Shown piece by piece: positions 63,609 through 64,000 of a stretch of DNA of 64,000 nt. Position 1 is the stretch's first letter. Each line of letters begins with the position of its first letter. The notes under the pieces were generated by a model, which worked only from the letters and a program-made list of their open reading frames with translations, was not told where the DNA came from and made no database searches. This stretch comes from Mizuhopecten yessoensis (taxonomy: Eukaryota), in assembly GCF_002113885.1 (NCBI RefSeq), contig NW_018408539.1, positions 177,183-241,182 on the forward strand. The letters run 5' to 3'. The position numbers and the translations under genes are program-made.

Positions 63609-64000
63609 GTTCCCATGTGTTATAACTGTGTTGGCGCCGTGCTATTTTGATTATTAATGATGTTTTCTACGTGTCTACTAAGTTGACTGGATTTAGTGTT
63701 AAAGATGTAGTTTCCATACAGTGGCTGTTATATAGTCTTAAAAGGATTTCTTTTCAGAAATATGTGTAAAAGTTGTCCTCTCCTACCATTATGATATAAA
63801 ACAACCAATGTATTTATACCCTTCAGTTCATTGAAAGACGAACAGAAAAATTGCATCATAGTGTGTAGCAAAATTTTTGTTTGGGATGGTGAAAGCATTC
63901 ACGAAATGATAAAAAATATTATTTATTGTTGATTCGAAAATACTGCACCCTACTGAATTAATTAAGGAAAATTAGCCACGAGTTGCTAGCGCGGTTCTAC

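Noticed and set aside
1-64000. CRISPR-like or other prokaryotic system suggested by the many regular repeats
   Set aside because: The arrays are head-to-tail with no unique spacers, there are no cas-like ORFs, and the DNA has spliceosomal introns.

Overview
AT-rich, intron-containing animal genomic DNA, not prokaryotic. The repeat families and gene families point to a bivalve mollusc (inference). Three protein-coding genes are supported, all on the + strand: (1) a single-coding-exon NHL-type beta-propeller protein (18626-19756); (2) a complete 7-exon BRCC3/BRCC36 K63 deubiquitinase (22551-29935, 260 aa, JAMM motif intact); (3) a 3-exon secreted PAN/Apple-EGF-fibrinogen-domain protein (36358-41259, 363 aa). 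The rest is minisatellites (units of 52-53, 55, 22, 26, 52 and 37 bp), tRNA-derived SINEs, Helentron/HINE-type elements, non-autonomous DNA transposons (IS3EU-like, hAT-like), Penelope-like remnants, and three single-N assembly joins, two of which carry overlap duplications. Most notable: two independent introns are built from tandem copies of their own upstream exon end plus 5' splice site. One has about 35 copies (FReD gene). The other has 4 copies (BRCC3), where the second donor would give an in-frame 35-aa insertion inside the catalytic motif. Two 29-30 bp hairpins with 7-bp target duplications look like P-element excision footprints. Most short ORFs in the track are noise.
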